Shown here: piece by piece, positions 18,150 through 25,984 of the stretch
How positions within the stretch are numbered: the first letter of the stretch is position 1
Layout of the letters: each line of letters begins with the position of its first letter
Source: a virus
Lineage: Duplodnaviria > Caudoviricetes
Strand: one strand, 5' to 3'
DNA length: 27,549 nucleotides
IMG/VR virus record: IMGVR_UViG_3300049828_000304
Coordinates: 1 to 27,549 of that record
Program-made: the position numbers and the translations under genes
The notes under the pieces: model-generated
The model's database searches: none
What the model saw: only the letters and a program-made list of their open reading frames with translations
What the model was told of the DNA's origin: nothing

Positions 18150-18697
18150 CCTAAAGTCCTATCTACTGAAGTAGCAGTTGTTTTTCTCAGTGTAAGTATA
18201 TCATCGCCAGTTCTATTCTTATACGTCACTGAATCATCTGAATTATATACACGAGAGCCAGTCATTTTTGCCATTAACAAACTCAAAATCTGAGTAAACG
18301 TTAGGCCTTCTATCGTCGTACTACTTCCTATCATAGTTAGGTCAGATTTTACTCCTACTCCAGACATAGCCGTAGCACCGCCACCTACTACTTTTCCAGG
18401 CAGGTCGTTAGTTGTTACAATATGTATTGTTTCCGGTATTACATTTGGGAGCGTAGTTATAGGTAGTATTACTATATTACTAGCAGTCATTTCCGAATCT
18501 GTTAATACTATCTTATACACTCCAGATGCTGTACTATTGGCTAATAGTAACTCAGATACATTATTGGTGGTAACTGCAAACTGACCACCGTCTTTGCTTA
18601 CCTGCACAGTTATATTTGCCGAACTACTAGTAACAGCTACTCCAGAAGAGTTTCTTATTGAAAATGTAAAAGATGTTGATTTAGCGTATTCTGCCAT
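18146..18697 (-). CDS. virion structural protein, beta-sandwich-like, about 183 aa
   Basis: VSKDGGQF..TTN..SE...GVY..VLT.SEM pattern; start moved to ATG 18697 (AGGGAG RBS). Confidence 0.55.
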   Translation of the reverse strand: MAEYAKSTSFTFSIRNSSGVAVTSSSANITVQVSKDGGQFAVTTNNVSELLLANSTASGVYKIVLTDSEMTASNIVILPITTLPNVIPETIHIVTTNDLPGKVVGGGATAMSGVGVKSDLTMIGSSTTIEGLTFTQILSLLMAKMTGSRVYNSDDSVTYKNRTGDDILTLRKTTATSVDRTLG

Positions 18698-18866
18698 TAT
18701 TAAACTCCCTATGGTTAATATCGTAGCGTAAAAATATAGAACCTCCTGCACTCTCTACTCCTACAAAGGAAAATGGTTTACCATAGTTATCAAATGACAA
18801 ATCATTTAAGTAGGAGGTGGACGTCACTATCATGTTGAAAGGTTTTCCATAATTGTCTAAATCCAT
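18681..18866 (-). CDS. small hypothetical protein with duplicated DNYGKPF motif, about 61 aa
   Basis: GGGGGT RBS before ATG 18866; fills the gap; internal peptide duplication supports coding. Confidence 0.65.
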   Translation of the reverse strand: MDLDNYGKPFNMIVTSTSYLNDLSFDNYGKPFSFVGVESAGGSIFLRYDINHREFNNGRIR

Positions 18867-18877
18867 AAGACCCCCAT

Positions 18878-18898
18878 CTGAGTTAACATTAGTCCTAC
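18878..18898 (+). repeat. junction copy of 21-bp motif
   Basis: CTGAGTTAACATTAGTCCTAC; overlaps the TAG stop (18895-18897) of the upstream - strand gene. Confidence 0.88.
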
Positions 18899-19179
18899 TC
18901 GCCAACCATATCTGCTAAATCTTTCACCGCGTCCTTGATTTGTTTTACTGGAGCATCATCCTTGACTAATTGCATAACAGCTTTAATAGCATCCTTAACA
19001 GGGTTATTCTCTTTTACTGGTTTTACACCCTCTGCTATGTAATCATCCACTGTGTTCTTTATCTTATTCTCGCTCGGAACATTTTTAAATTTAAAAAACA
19101 CCGTTTCGTTATTGTTAATAGACACCCGTACTCTGAAGTTATCACCATGCGGTTCTATGCTTATTACATCGTATTTCAT
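18895..19179 (-). CDS. hypothetical protein (possible fibre chaperone), about 94 aa
   Basis: ATGA overlap with the fibre gene, GGGAG RBS; start moved from 19206 to 19179. Confidence 0.65.
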   Translation of the reverse strand: MKYDVISIEPHGDNFRVRVSINNNETVFFKFKNVPSENKIKNTVDDYIAEGVKPVKENNPVKDAIKAVMQLVKDDAPVKQIKDAVKDLADMVGE

Positions 19180-21371
19180 GTTATGCTCCCCATGCCTGCA
19201 ACCCAACCACTGTAAGTTGAACCGCCATACGCTTGAACGTAAAGGTCAACTACACACGTTTCAGCAGGAGTAAATGTTACTGTAACTCTTTCCCATGCAT
19301 TTGTTCCTGCACTCGTTATTGTTCCTACTACGTCTGTTAAATTTCCTGCTGCAAATTGTTTAACAACCGCTTTGAGGGTTAATCCTGCATTATTTCTCTG
19401 CATGTTTACACCAACAGTTACTGGTACTCCACTTGTTACTGGAAATGAGGCTACAATAAAATCTATTGGGTCTATTTCTGTTCTGTCAGTCGCGTTAGTC
19501 ACGTCAACTTTCCAACCTTTAGTTATTCCAGATGGCCAACCACCAGATGGTGGTGTCGCTGTTCTGGTTATCAATCCCCCATAAAAAAATCCAAACAAAC
19601 TATCAGGAACATCATCATGATTCTTAGACCACAACACGCACGATTGACGTTGATGAGGTATTGTGTAAACTTCTGTACTACTCCCAAAGGTACAGTTTTT
19701 CAAACGAGCAACACCAGTCAATTGTATGTCTCCTAAACCCATATTGTCTGCCATCTTAACTTTATATAAATACTCCATAACACTTAACACTGAAAAAGCA
19801 TTTATTGTGAAGTTATAAAACTGACAACCGTAAATAAAACTGTTATTATCTTTCTTAAATGCAATATCAAAATCAGTCCAACCGATTTGACTAGTCATAC
19901 CCCAAATACCGTAAAAACGACTATTGCCACCGGAACTACTTTGAAAAATTCTAACAGTACAAGAGTAACCACCAACACATTTAAATGTTCCTTGATAATA
20001 TGGTAATAATGCTGTTTCGTTATTAGGAGCTATTATATCTTGAACATATATAGATGAATTAGTTATACTAAAGCTAACAGATAATCCAGATTGGTACATA
20101 GCAAATCTAGCACCATACAACTTAACACAAACAAGAGCAGCTCCCAATCTAATACCGAATCCCATACCATTTTTAGAACTATACCATGTCTCACCATCCA
20201 CTACGTTAGATACAGTGTTGTAACCGCACTTAACAATCAATGGATTGTTAGCAGATGCCAGTATATTTGTTGTTGTTACTGTTTGAGATATAACATTAAC
20301 AGTAGCAACATCTACTGTTATAAATGGTTGTATACACCATAATCTGTAACTACCCCCTGTACCGTAAAATTCCGCATACGTAGTCTGTGTAGGTGTAGTA
20401 GTTGGCCCACCATCAAGCCTTATAGTCACACCATCATCCGCTATACTTTGTATTCTATAATACTGTCTAAATTCATCGTAACCCATACATTGCCACACGC
20501 AGGTATTATCGTTAGTATTTAAGTCTATTACAACATCCCAATCTGGTTCTGTACTATTACTTGTTCCTGCTGACACGCATTTATAATACATATGACAGTA
20601 TGCTGATGCTGTTGGTCTGACTAAATCATTTACATTATAAGATGTATTTGCTACCCATTGCGCTCGTTGTGGTCTACCAATCATCGTGTTATAGTTAAAA
20701 TTTGCATTTGCAGCATGAATACAATCAATGTATAATGTGCTAGCGACAGTAGTCGCCTCAGCATACAACGCAACGCTTTGTATATTACTACCTAAAGCTG
20801 CGCCATATGGCACGTAAATGGTTGATCCTCCTTGTGAATTTGTTGCTGGGCATACTGTTAATGATGGTATTAAAATGGTATTTACTGTAGTTACCCCAAG
20901 AGCATCTGAACATAGTCTAAGACTGTATTTATTGTCTGCTGTGGCTACAGTATTAGCTATATAAAATGATAATCCTGTATATCCAGAATAATCTGCACTG
21001 GTTATAGTTTTATATGCCATTCTAGTCCCAGAGACTACCGAAGCTGGTACGACAAATGAACTGGATCTTGTTCCTTGTTTATACACTGTAGTATTAGTGG
21101 ATACTGAAGTACAGGCAACATTTGTCCATGCGACTTCACAATTATCAACTACTTTAGTCAATGCAGATGCTAACGTAACAGTAGATGAATGATTAGTCCA
21201 AGTAGCACTTATACCAAGGTCTACTGGGTCTGGACTTTTAGCAACTCTAACTTCATCGCCTGCCGAACAAACTACGCCAGATATACCAGTTAAAGTTTTC
21301 TTAGCTGTTGCCCAAGACAACCCATCACCCGTATCGTCTGCTCTATTGTAATCTACATATCTTATTGTCAT
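19176..21371 (-). CDS. beta-helix fibre/spike-like virion protein with carbohydrate-binding modules, 731 aa
   Basis: N-terminal YVD....DTGDGLSWATAKKT motif typical of parallel beta-helix proteins; CBM5/12-like W.ANTSY.VNDLV...YKC..AGTS...EP.W; C-terminal WERVTVTFTP CBM-like strand. Confidence 0.65.
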   Translation of the reverse strand: MTIRYVDYNRADDTGDGLSWATAKKTLTGISGVVCSAGDEVRVAKSPDPVDLGISATWTNHSSTVTLASALTKVVDNCEVAWTNVACTSVSTNTTVYKQGTRSSSFVVPASVVSGTRMAYKTITSADYSGYTGLSFYIANTVATADNKYSLRLCSDALGVTTVNTILIPSLTVCPATNSQGGSTIYVPYGAALGSNIQSVALYAEATTVASTLYIDCIHAANANFNYNTMIGRPQRAQWVANTSYNVNDLVRPTASAYCHMYYKCVSAGTSNSTEPDWDVVIDLNTNDNTCVWQCMGYDEFRQYYRIQSIADDGVTIRLDGGPTTTPTQTTYAEFYGTGGSYRLWCIQPFITVDVATVNVISQTVTTTNILASANNPLIVKCGYNTVSNVVDGETWYSSKNGMGFGIRLGAALVCVKLYGARFAMYQSGLSVSFSITNSSIYVQDIIAPNNETALLPYYQGTFKCVGGYSCTVRIFQSSSGGNSRFYGIWGMTSQIGWTDFDIAFKKDNNSFIYGCQFYNFTINAFSVLSVMEYLYKVKMADNMGLGDIQLTGVARLKNCTFGSSTEVYTIPHQRQSCVLWSKNHDDVPDSLFGFFYGGLITRTATPPSGGWPSGITKGWKVDVTNATDRTEIDPIDFIVASFPVTSGVPVTVGVNMQRNNAGLTLKAVVKQFAAGNLTDVVGTITSAGTNAWERVTVTFTPAETCVVDLYVQAYGGSTYSGWVAGMGSIT

Positions 21372-21956
21372 TTAGAGCTCCATGTCTGAGTTAACATTAG
21401 GACTAACTAACACATATAATTTTGATTTACTTTTAAAATAGTTTGATAACTCCAACGGATTCGGTGCAACAGGGCAATCTGAGTCAACAAAAGTCCTAAG
21501 AATGTCTGCAACATTTTCAGTGCAAAAATCGCCCTTAGCGTTGTTCTTAAACCACGGCATTTTACCAAACAATTTTCGACCCAACGGGCTACTCAAAATT
21601 GCACCTTGTAAATCATAATTCTTTTGCTCTCTACGGAGGTACGACAGTCGCTGTCTTGCGCCCATGCGTATATACCCGTCATCGAATCCTACGCATCGCC
21701 ATACTTGTACAATTTGCTCTCTTGTACCTGCGTACTTTTCAAGGCTATTTTCCTGCAAGTGCAAGCCCATTTCAGTTGCGAAAAACTGACCGTAGTTCTC
21801 CGTTATAAATCCACCGTGTGTCGGGGTGGTATCGTCTTTCGGAGCAAATTTCATCGTTTCGGCAATCCGAATAATCCGGCCAAAAGGCTTATTACTGTGA
21901 GATAGAAATATATCCATATCACGGAACGATTTATAATCTATTGTTGTTTTTTTCAT
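21372..21956 (-). CDS. permuted papain-like NlpC/P60 (YiiX/YebB-like) amidase/peptidase, 194 aa
   Basis: DIFL...IR...THGG (His) precedes YD...FCTE (Cys): permuted catalytic order. Confidence 0.75.
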   Translation of the reverse strand: MKKTTIDYKSFRDMDIFLSHSNKPFGRIIRIAETMKFAPKDDTTPTHGGFITENYGQFFATEMGLHLQENSLEKYAGTREQIVQVWRCVGFDDGYIRMGARQRLSYLRREQKNYDLQGAILSSPLGRKLFGKMPWFKNNAKGDFCTENVADILRTFVDSDCPVAPNPLELSNYFKSKSKLYVLVSPNVNSDMEL

Positions 21957-21964
21957 ACCTACTC

Positions 21965-21985
21965 CTGAGTTAATATTAGGGCTAA
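21965..21985 (+). repeat. junction copy of 21-bp motif
   Basis: CTGAGTTAATATTAGGGCTAA; on the - strand it supplies the TAG stop of the 21982 gene and begins the CAGGAG RBS of 21956. Confidence 0.9.
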
Positions 21986-22626
21986 TCTACTCCAGAGGCT
22001 TTAAAAGAATCCCATTTTTTCTCAAAAATTCTCTTAGTGTTTACAAAAACTTCTTCCGCCGCAGGCGTTATAAACGGTCTACGGTGTCCTCTGATTCCTG
22101 GAGTATCGTGTTTAAATCTTATAGCTAAAGTCTGTTTTGTTTCTGGCTTCCATGCAGTCTTATAATTTTTGCCCTCTATATCGGTTTTATTAAGTACCAT
22201 AGCACGCGCTAGTCCTTGAGTAGAAGTTATGTCTAATTTAAGAGTAGCTACATACTCTTCTTTCTCCCCTTTAAAACCGCTAGTAACTTTAACCATACCC
22301 TTAAGAGCTTCTGTACTTAAAGTCATTGTCTTATTACCAATAACCCACTTTTTGCCAAACGATGATTTATCATTACTCCTATTTAACATTCTTACTAAGG
22401 CGCCAGTTCTAGAAGTCAGTTTAGTTGGGTGGCTAGGTTGCAGGCGTCTTTTTTCTTTTAACCTTCTCTCCTGCGGGTTGGCATCTGGAATTATATATTT
22501 AGTAGCTGCGATATATCTAATTTCATCAAGCGACCTAGCCAGTTCTTGAAAAGTTTCTATCCTAGACTTCTTAACTATCCTACCAAATTTTCCTGGATGC
22601 TTCTCTCTAAATTCACATATTTTCAT
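21982..22626 (-). CDS. HK97 gp10-like neck/tail-completion protein, about 214 aa
   Basis: Very basic; SRTGAL and RPFITPA motifs. Start moved to ATG 22626 (GGGGT RBS). Confidence 0.65.
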   Translation of the reverse strand: MKICEFREKHPGKFGRIVKKSRIETFQELARSLDEIRYIAATKYIIPDANPQERRLKEKRRLQPSHPTKLTSRTGALVRMLNRSNDKSSFGKKWVIGNKTMTLSTEALKGMVKVTSGFKGEKEEYVATLKLDITSTQGLARAMVLNKTDIEGKNYKTAWKPETKQTLAIRFKHDTPGIRGHRRPFITPAAEEVFVNTKRIFEKKWDSFKASGVD

Positions 22627-22661
22627 ATTACCCCATCTTGTGGAGTGTTTATATGGCAATA

Positions 22662-22687
22662 GGAGAGTGCCAATTAAGACACTCTCC
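22662..22687 (-). terminator. hairpin downstream of the major capsid gene (probable partial terminator)
   Basis: GGAGAGTGTC-TTAATT-GGCACTCTCC on - strand, weak U tract; adjacent to motif copy 22692-22712. Confidence 0.6.
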
Positions 22688-22691
22688 CTAC

Positions 22692-22712
22692 CTGAGTCAA
22701 CATTAGGACTAA
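22692..22712 (+). repeat. junction copy of 21-bp motif
   Basis: CTGAGTCAACATTAGGACTAA, intergenic after the capsid gene. Confidence 0.92.
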
Positions 22713-22728
22713 TTAACCAACTAGTTGG

Positions 22729-23730
22729 TTAGATACCATTACTTACGGTAGTCTTCATGTTTTCTGCAAGAACACCATAGTCAGTGTTCACTTTTTCTCC
22801 ACGATACTCGATTGCGCGTACAATCGAACAACGGGTTTTATCTTCAGCGTAGGTTTCAACCAAGTAGTCGTTGGAGAAACGACTGAAAATAGGCTGACGA
22901 CCAAGCCCGAGAGTTTTAGTAGACTGTGTATTTGGTGACAGATACGCAAGCATACCGAACTCGTTCGACCACAAACTACCTGCTGTGAAAGTCTTACCAA
23001 CTCCAGAGGCATCAAAAATATTTGATACTTCGATAATTTCCTTAACTCCAAAATACTGAGCAAGGAACTGGAATTGGCGGTCACGAGGCATAGTGACAAC
23101 TGATTCAGTGTACTGAACTGACTGTTTCACTTCAGTAGTACGAAGGCAGTAGTCAATATTGTCACCAGTGAGAATCAGACTGGCGGCACGTTTGCTAATA
23201 CCGCTCTTAGCACGAAGTTTTTCACCCATAGCAGCTACATCTGCATAAGGAGTTGCGTTACCTGCATCGTCCCACTCATTGGTAATAGTGAGTTTGTCAG
23301 CAGAGGAAGAGAATGTAGTAGTGTTAAATACTGCATTGCTAACACGCTGTTCTCTAGCCATGAGCAGATTTTGCATGCACAATTCGGTACTGGTCTTTTC
23401 AAGGTCAATGAAGTTTTCCCAAATCAGTTGAGAGGTAAGACTGATTTTTTCTTCAAAGCCATACTCTTTTGTCAGATAACCGTCTGACGTAAATTCCCAC
23501 TGTCCACGCTGAAAAGAACCGTCTGGCGAAACGCTAGTATCGTAAATTTTCATACGAGCTTCGCGAGGAAGAACGGGCCAGTATCCAGATACAGCAGGCA
23601 TCTGTATGCCAGGCAGTATTTTGTCAGCGTTAAACTGAAACTGTGAGAAATCGAATTCCTCTGCCAAATCCATCAAATCTTGGCGGAGAACAACTCCAGA
23701 GTTGGCTTGTCCGCTTGCAGGTGTAGTCAT
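22729..23730 (-). CDS. major capsid protein (HK97 fold, lambda gpE-like), 333 aa
   Basis: Size, position after protease/scaffold/decoration; RE.RV...VF, WDDA..ATP..D and VETY.EDK....VR patterns. Confidence 0.85.
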   Translation of the reverse strand: MTTPASGQANSGVVLRQDLMDLAEEFDFSQFQFNADKILPGIQMPAVSGYWPVLPREARMKIYDTSVSPDGSFQRGQWEFTSDGYLTKEYGFEEKISLTSQLIWENFIDLEKTSTELCMQNLLMAREQRVSNAVFNTTTFSSSADKLTITNEWDDAGNATPYADVAAMGEKLRAKSGISKRAASLILTGDNIDYCLRTTEVKQSVQYTESVVTMPRDRQFQFLAQYFGVKEIIEVSNIFDASGVGKTFTAGSLWSNEFGMLAYLSPNTQSTKTLGLGRQPIFSRFSNDYLVETYAEDKTRCSIVRAIEYRGEKVNTDYGVLAENMKTTVSNGI

Positions 23731-23758
23731 AGTACTTTCACTTTCTGGTCTGTTAGAC

Positions 23759-23779
23759 CTGAGTTAACATTAGGACTAA
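23759..23779 (+). repeat. junction copy of 21-bp motif
   Basis: CTGAGTTAACATTAGGACTAA, 3 nt after the stop of the 23783 gene; identical to copies 21386 and 16576. Confidence 0.92.
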
Positions 23780-23782
23780 CGG

Positions 23783-24643
23783 TTAGTTAGTTACAGGTTT
23801 GTAAATAGCATACTGAACGATTGTGCTAGCTCCGCAGTTACCACTACACAAAACAGTGATTGTATTTGCGGTAGGGGTAACTTTCTGAACAGAAACTGCA
23901 TTTGTAGATGCTTGAATCTGAGCAAAAACAATGTCAGTTGCAGCTACATCAGGGTGCCCAATAGTTTGGGTTGCACCGGTAACACCTGTGAATACTCCTG
24001 CATCGTGCAAACGATACGTCGAGCGCAGATTCGAAGGAATCTGATCACGGGTGATTTGAGGCAGGGCAGGGCCGGCAATGATTGTCTGGCCGTCTACTCC
24101 TGCTTCAGTTGCATAGCCAACTACTTTACATTCTGCCCAAGCAGAGGTAGAAGTAGCAACCATGTAGATGCCCTTTTTGCTATTGAACAGAACTGCACCA
24201 ACAGCAGGAGCGGCATACGTCCAACCAGAATTGTAAGTAGCAATCTGACCGGCTTTTCCACTAGCAGTTGTCCAACCGTCGGCGGGTATCAAATAGATAT
24301 CGCCATTAGTAACAACGGTAGGATTATCAACCTGCATATCATCAATGACAGTGTAAGTCTTGGCACTTACTTTACCATTTACGACAGGAACAAGAGCGTC
24401 CTCAGCGGCACAAGTGCCAACAAGATCAACTGCAAAAGTTCCACAAGGTGGATTGAGAGGTGCAACAGTCGTCAAAAGTGTGTTAGCATCGCTACGGGCA
24501 GTAACGACACCACCTGCTACACTACCATAAGATGAATACACACAAGTACCTGCACCGACATTGATACTGACAATTCGATTACGTTCCAATACCGCATTAG
24601 CGGTAAGCGTCAACGGAAACTCACGAGCTCCTTTGAGACCCAT
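23783..24643 (-). CDS. capsid decoration/cement protein (DUF2190-like) with DUF2793-like insertion, 286 aa
   Basis: Position before MCP; cement-like N-part resumed at VVGYATEAGVDGQTI; inserted GDIYLIP..GW....GKAGQIATY.SGW.Y.AP.VG segment. Confidence 0.65.
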   Translation of the reverse strand: MGLKGAREFPLTLTANAVLERNRIVSINVGAGTCVYSSYGSVAGGVVTARSDANTLLTTVAPLNPPCGTFAVDLVGTCAAEDALVPVVNGKVSAKTYTVIDDMQVDNPTVVTNGDIYLIPADGWTTASGKAGQIATYNSGWTYAAPAVGAVLFNSKKGIYMVATSTSAWAECKVVGYATEAGVDGQTIIAGPALPQITRDQIPSNLRSTYRLHDAGVFTGVTGATQTIGHPDVAATDIVFAQIQASTNAVSVQKVTPTANTITVLCSGNCGASTIVQYAIYKPVTN

Positions 24644-24655
24644 AGTCTTTTCTCC

Positions 24656-25129
24656 TTACTGCCTAACGGCAGCTTTATATTGTGAATTAAACAAATCCGC
24701 AAACTCTTTCTTTGCATACATCCAGGCGGTGCCTTTAGAACATGAATACTTCTTTTTGCAAAAATCCATAGCCTCTTCTTTGGTTCTAACATCTTGAGTA
24801 TCCAGTTCACTACCAGTAGCACTACCTGCTGTTTGTGGAGCTGTAGAAGTGAAGGCTAATGCTAACTCAGCTTTGTAACTACTTGCCTTATCAAGGACTG
24901 TAGCTACTATCTCGTTAGCGTCCTTACACGTTCCAGTAAGTTCTTCCACTGTAACATCAAGAGACTTTGCAACTGCTTCAAGAGTATCATTATTTAGGGC
25001 TAATGTTGACTCAGGTTCGGCAACCGTTGGAACAACAGATGCCGCACCTGCCGAGAATATCTCGTCATAAGCGGCTTTATTGTGTTCCTTAATCTGGTCA
25101 ACCGATGCTTTCTTAAGAAAAATAAACAT
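24656..25129 (-). CDS. putative capsid scaffolding protein, 157 aa
   Basis: Acidic Ala/Glu-rich helical protein directly after the protease; AAAGGAG RBS. Confidence 0.6.
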   Translation of the reverse strand: MFIFLKKASVDQIKEHNKAAYDEIFSAGAASVVPTVAEPESTLALNNDTLEAVAKSLDVTVEELTGTCKDANEIVATVLDKASSYKAELALAFTSTAPQTAGSATGSELDTQDVRTKEEAMDFCKKKYSCSKGTAWMYAKKEFADLFNSQYKAAVRQ

Positions 25130-25186
25130 TCCAGACTCCTTTCGCTCGCCAGTGGCGGCAGTTATTAAATTATAATTAAATTATAA

Positions 25187-25984
25187 TTAGATTATTAGGT
25201 CTTTCATAGTTGCTATTTCGTCTATAAGACCGAGTTCCTTAGCTTTGCTAGCCATAAATACTTTGCCATCTGCCCAAACGCTAATATCTGAGTTAACATT
25301 AGGCCTATTAGACTGTACCGCCTTAGTAAACTCATTATAGATACTGTCTACTTGTTCTTGCAAGTATTCAATGCCCATTTCAGTCATCGGAGTATTGGGA
25401 TTACCTATAGCTTTGTATTTGCCCGCTGATATTACGTGTACTTTTAATCCCATAGCATCGTTTATCATAGACTGATCTACTACAGACAAGTAAACTCCTA
25501 TACTGCCAACTAAGTCTGTATTGCTACTAGCAACAATAGCACTACATTGACTAGCTAACCAGTATGCGGCAGAACAACATTCCCCGCTTATAAAGCCAAT
25601 GGTTTCTTTGGAACTGTTTCTAATGGCATTCGCAAATTCCTGTATGCCACTGACTGAACCACCTGGGCTATCAAACTGCAAAACTATTCTAGCTACAGAG
25701 GCATCGGATTGCAAAGCCTCGAATGATTTGGTTAAATCAGTTATAGTTTGCATACCAGACATAGATTCTAAGCCGTAGGTTTTCTTTAAAAGAGTACCCT
25801 CGATTGGCAGAATACCAGTGCTAGCTATCACTACTGAACCTGAGTTAACTTTAGGGCTATCGGTGGTCGGATAAGAGCCAGACATTTTACTAAGTAATAT
25901 GGCATTGAATAGTTCTAATTTATCCTTGCGAATTAACCAAGGTTGTCCACTTACGGTTTCAAGCAATAGATTACCAGTTACCAT
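25187..25984 (-). CDS. head maturation protease, S49/SppA (lambda gpC-like), about 265 aa
   Basis: FDSPGGSV, CSAAYWLAS, VGSIGV, AGKYK, GLIDEI motifs. Start moved to ATG 25984 (GGAGG RBS). Confidence 0.93.
   Translation of the reverse strand: MVTGNLLLETVSGQPWLIRKDKLELFNAILLSKMSGSYPTTDSPKVNSGSVVIASTGILPIEGTLLKKTYGLESMSGMQTITDLTKSFEALQSDASVARIVLQFDSPGGSVSGIQEFANAIRNSSKETIGFISGECCSAAYWLASQCSAIVASSNTDLVGSIGVYLSVVDQSMINDAMGLKVHVISAGKYKAIGNPNTPMTEMGIEYLQEQVDSIYNEFTKAVQSNRPNVNSDISVWADGKVFMASKAKELGLIDEIATMKDLII

Noticed and set aside
23912-24535. 207-aa + strand ORF and other short antisense or alternate-frame ORFs in the track
   Set aside because: Fully overlap well-supported genes and have non-protein-like composition.
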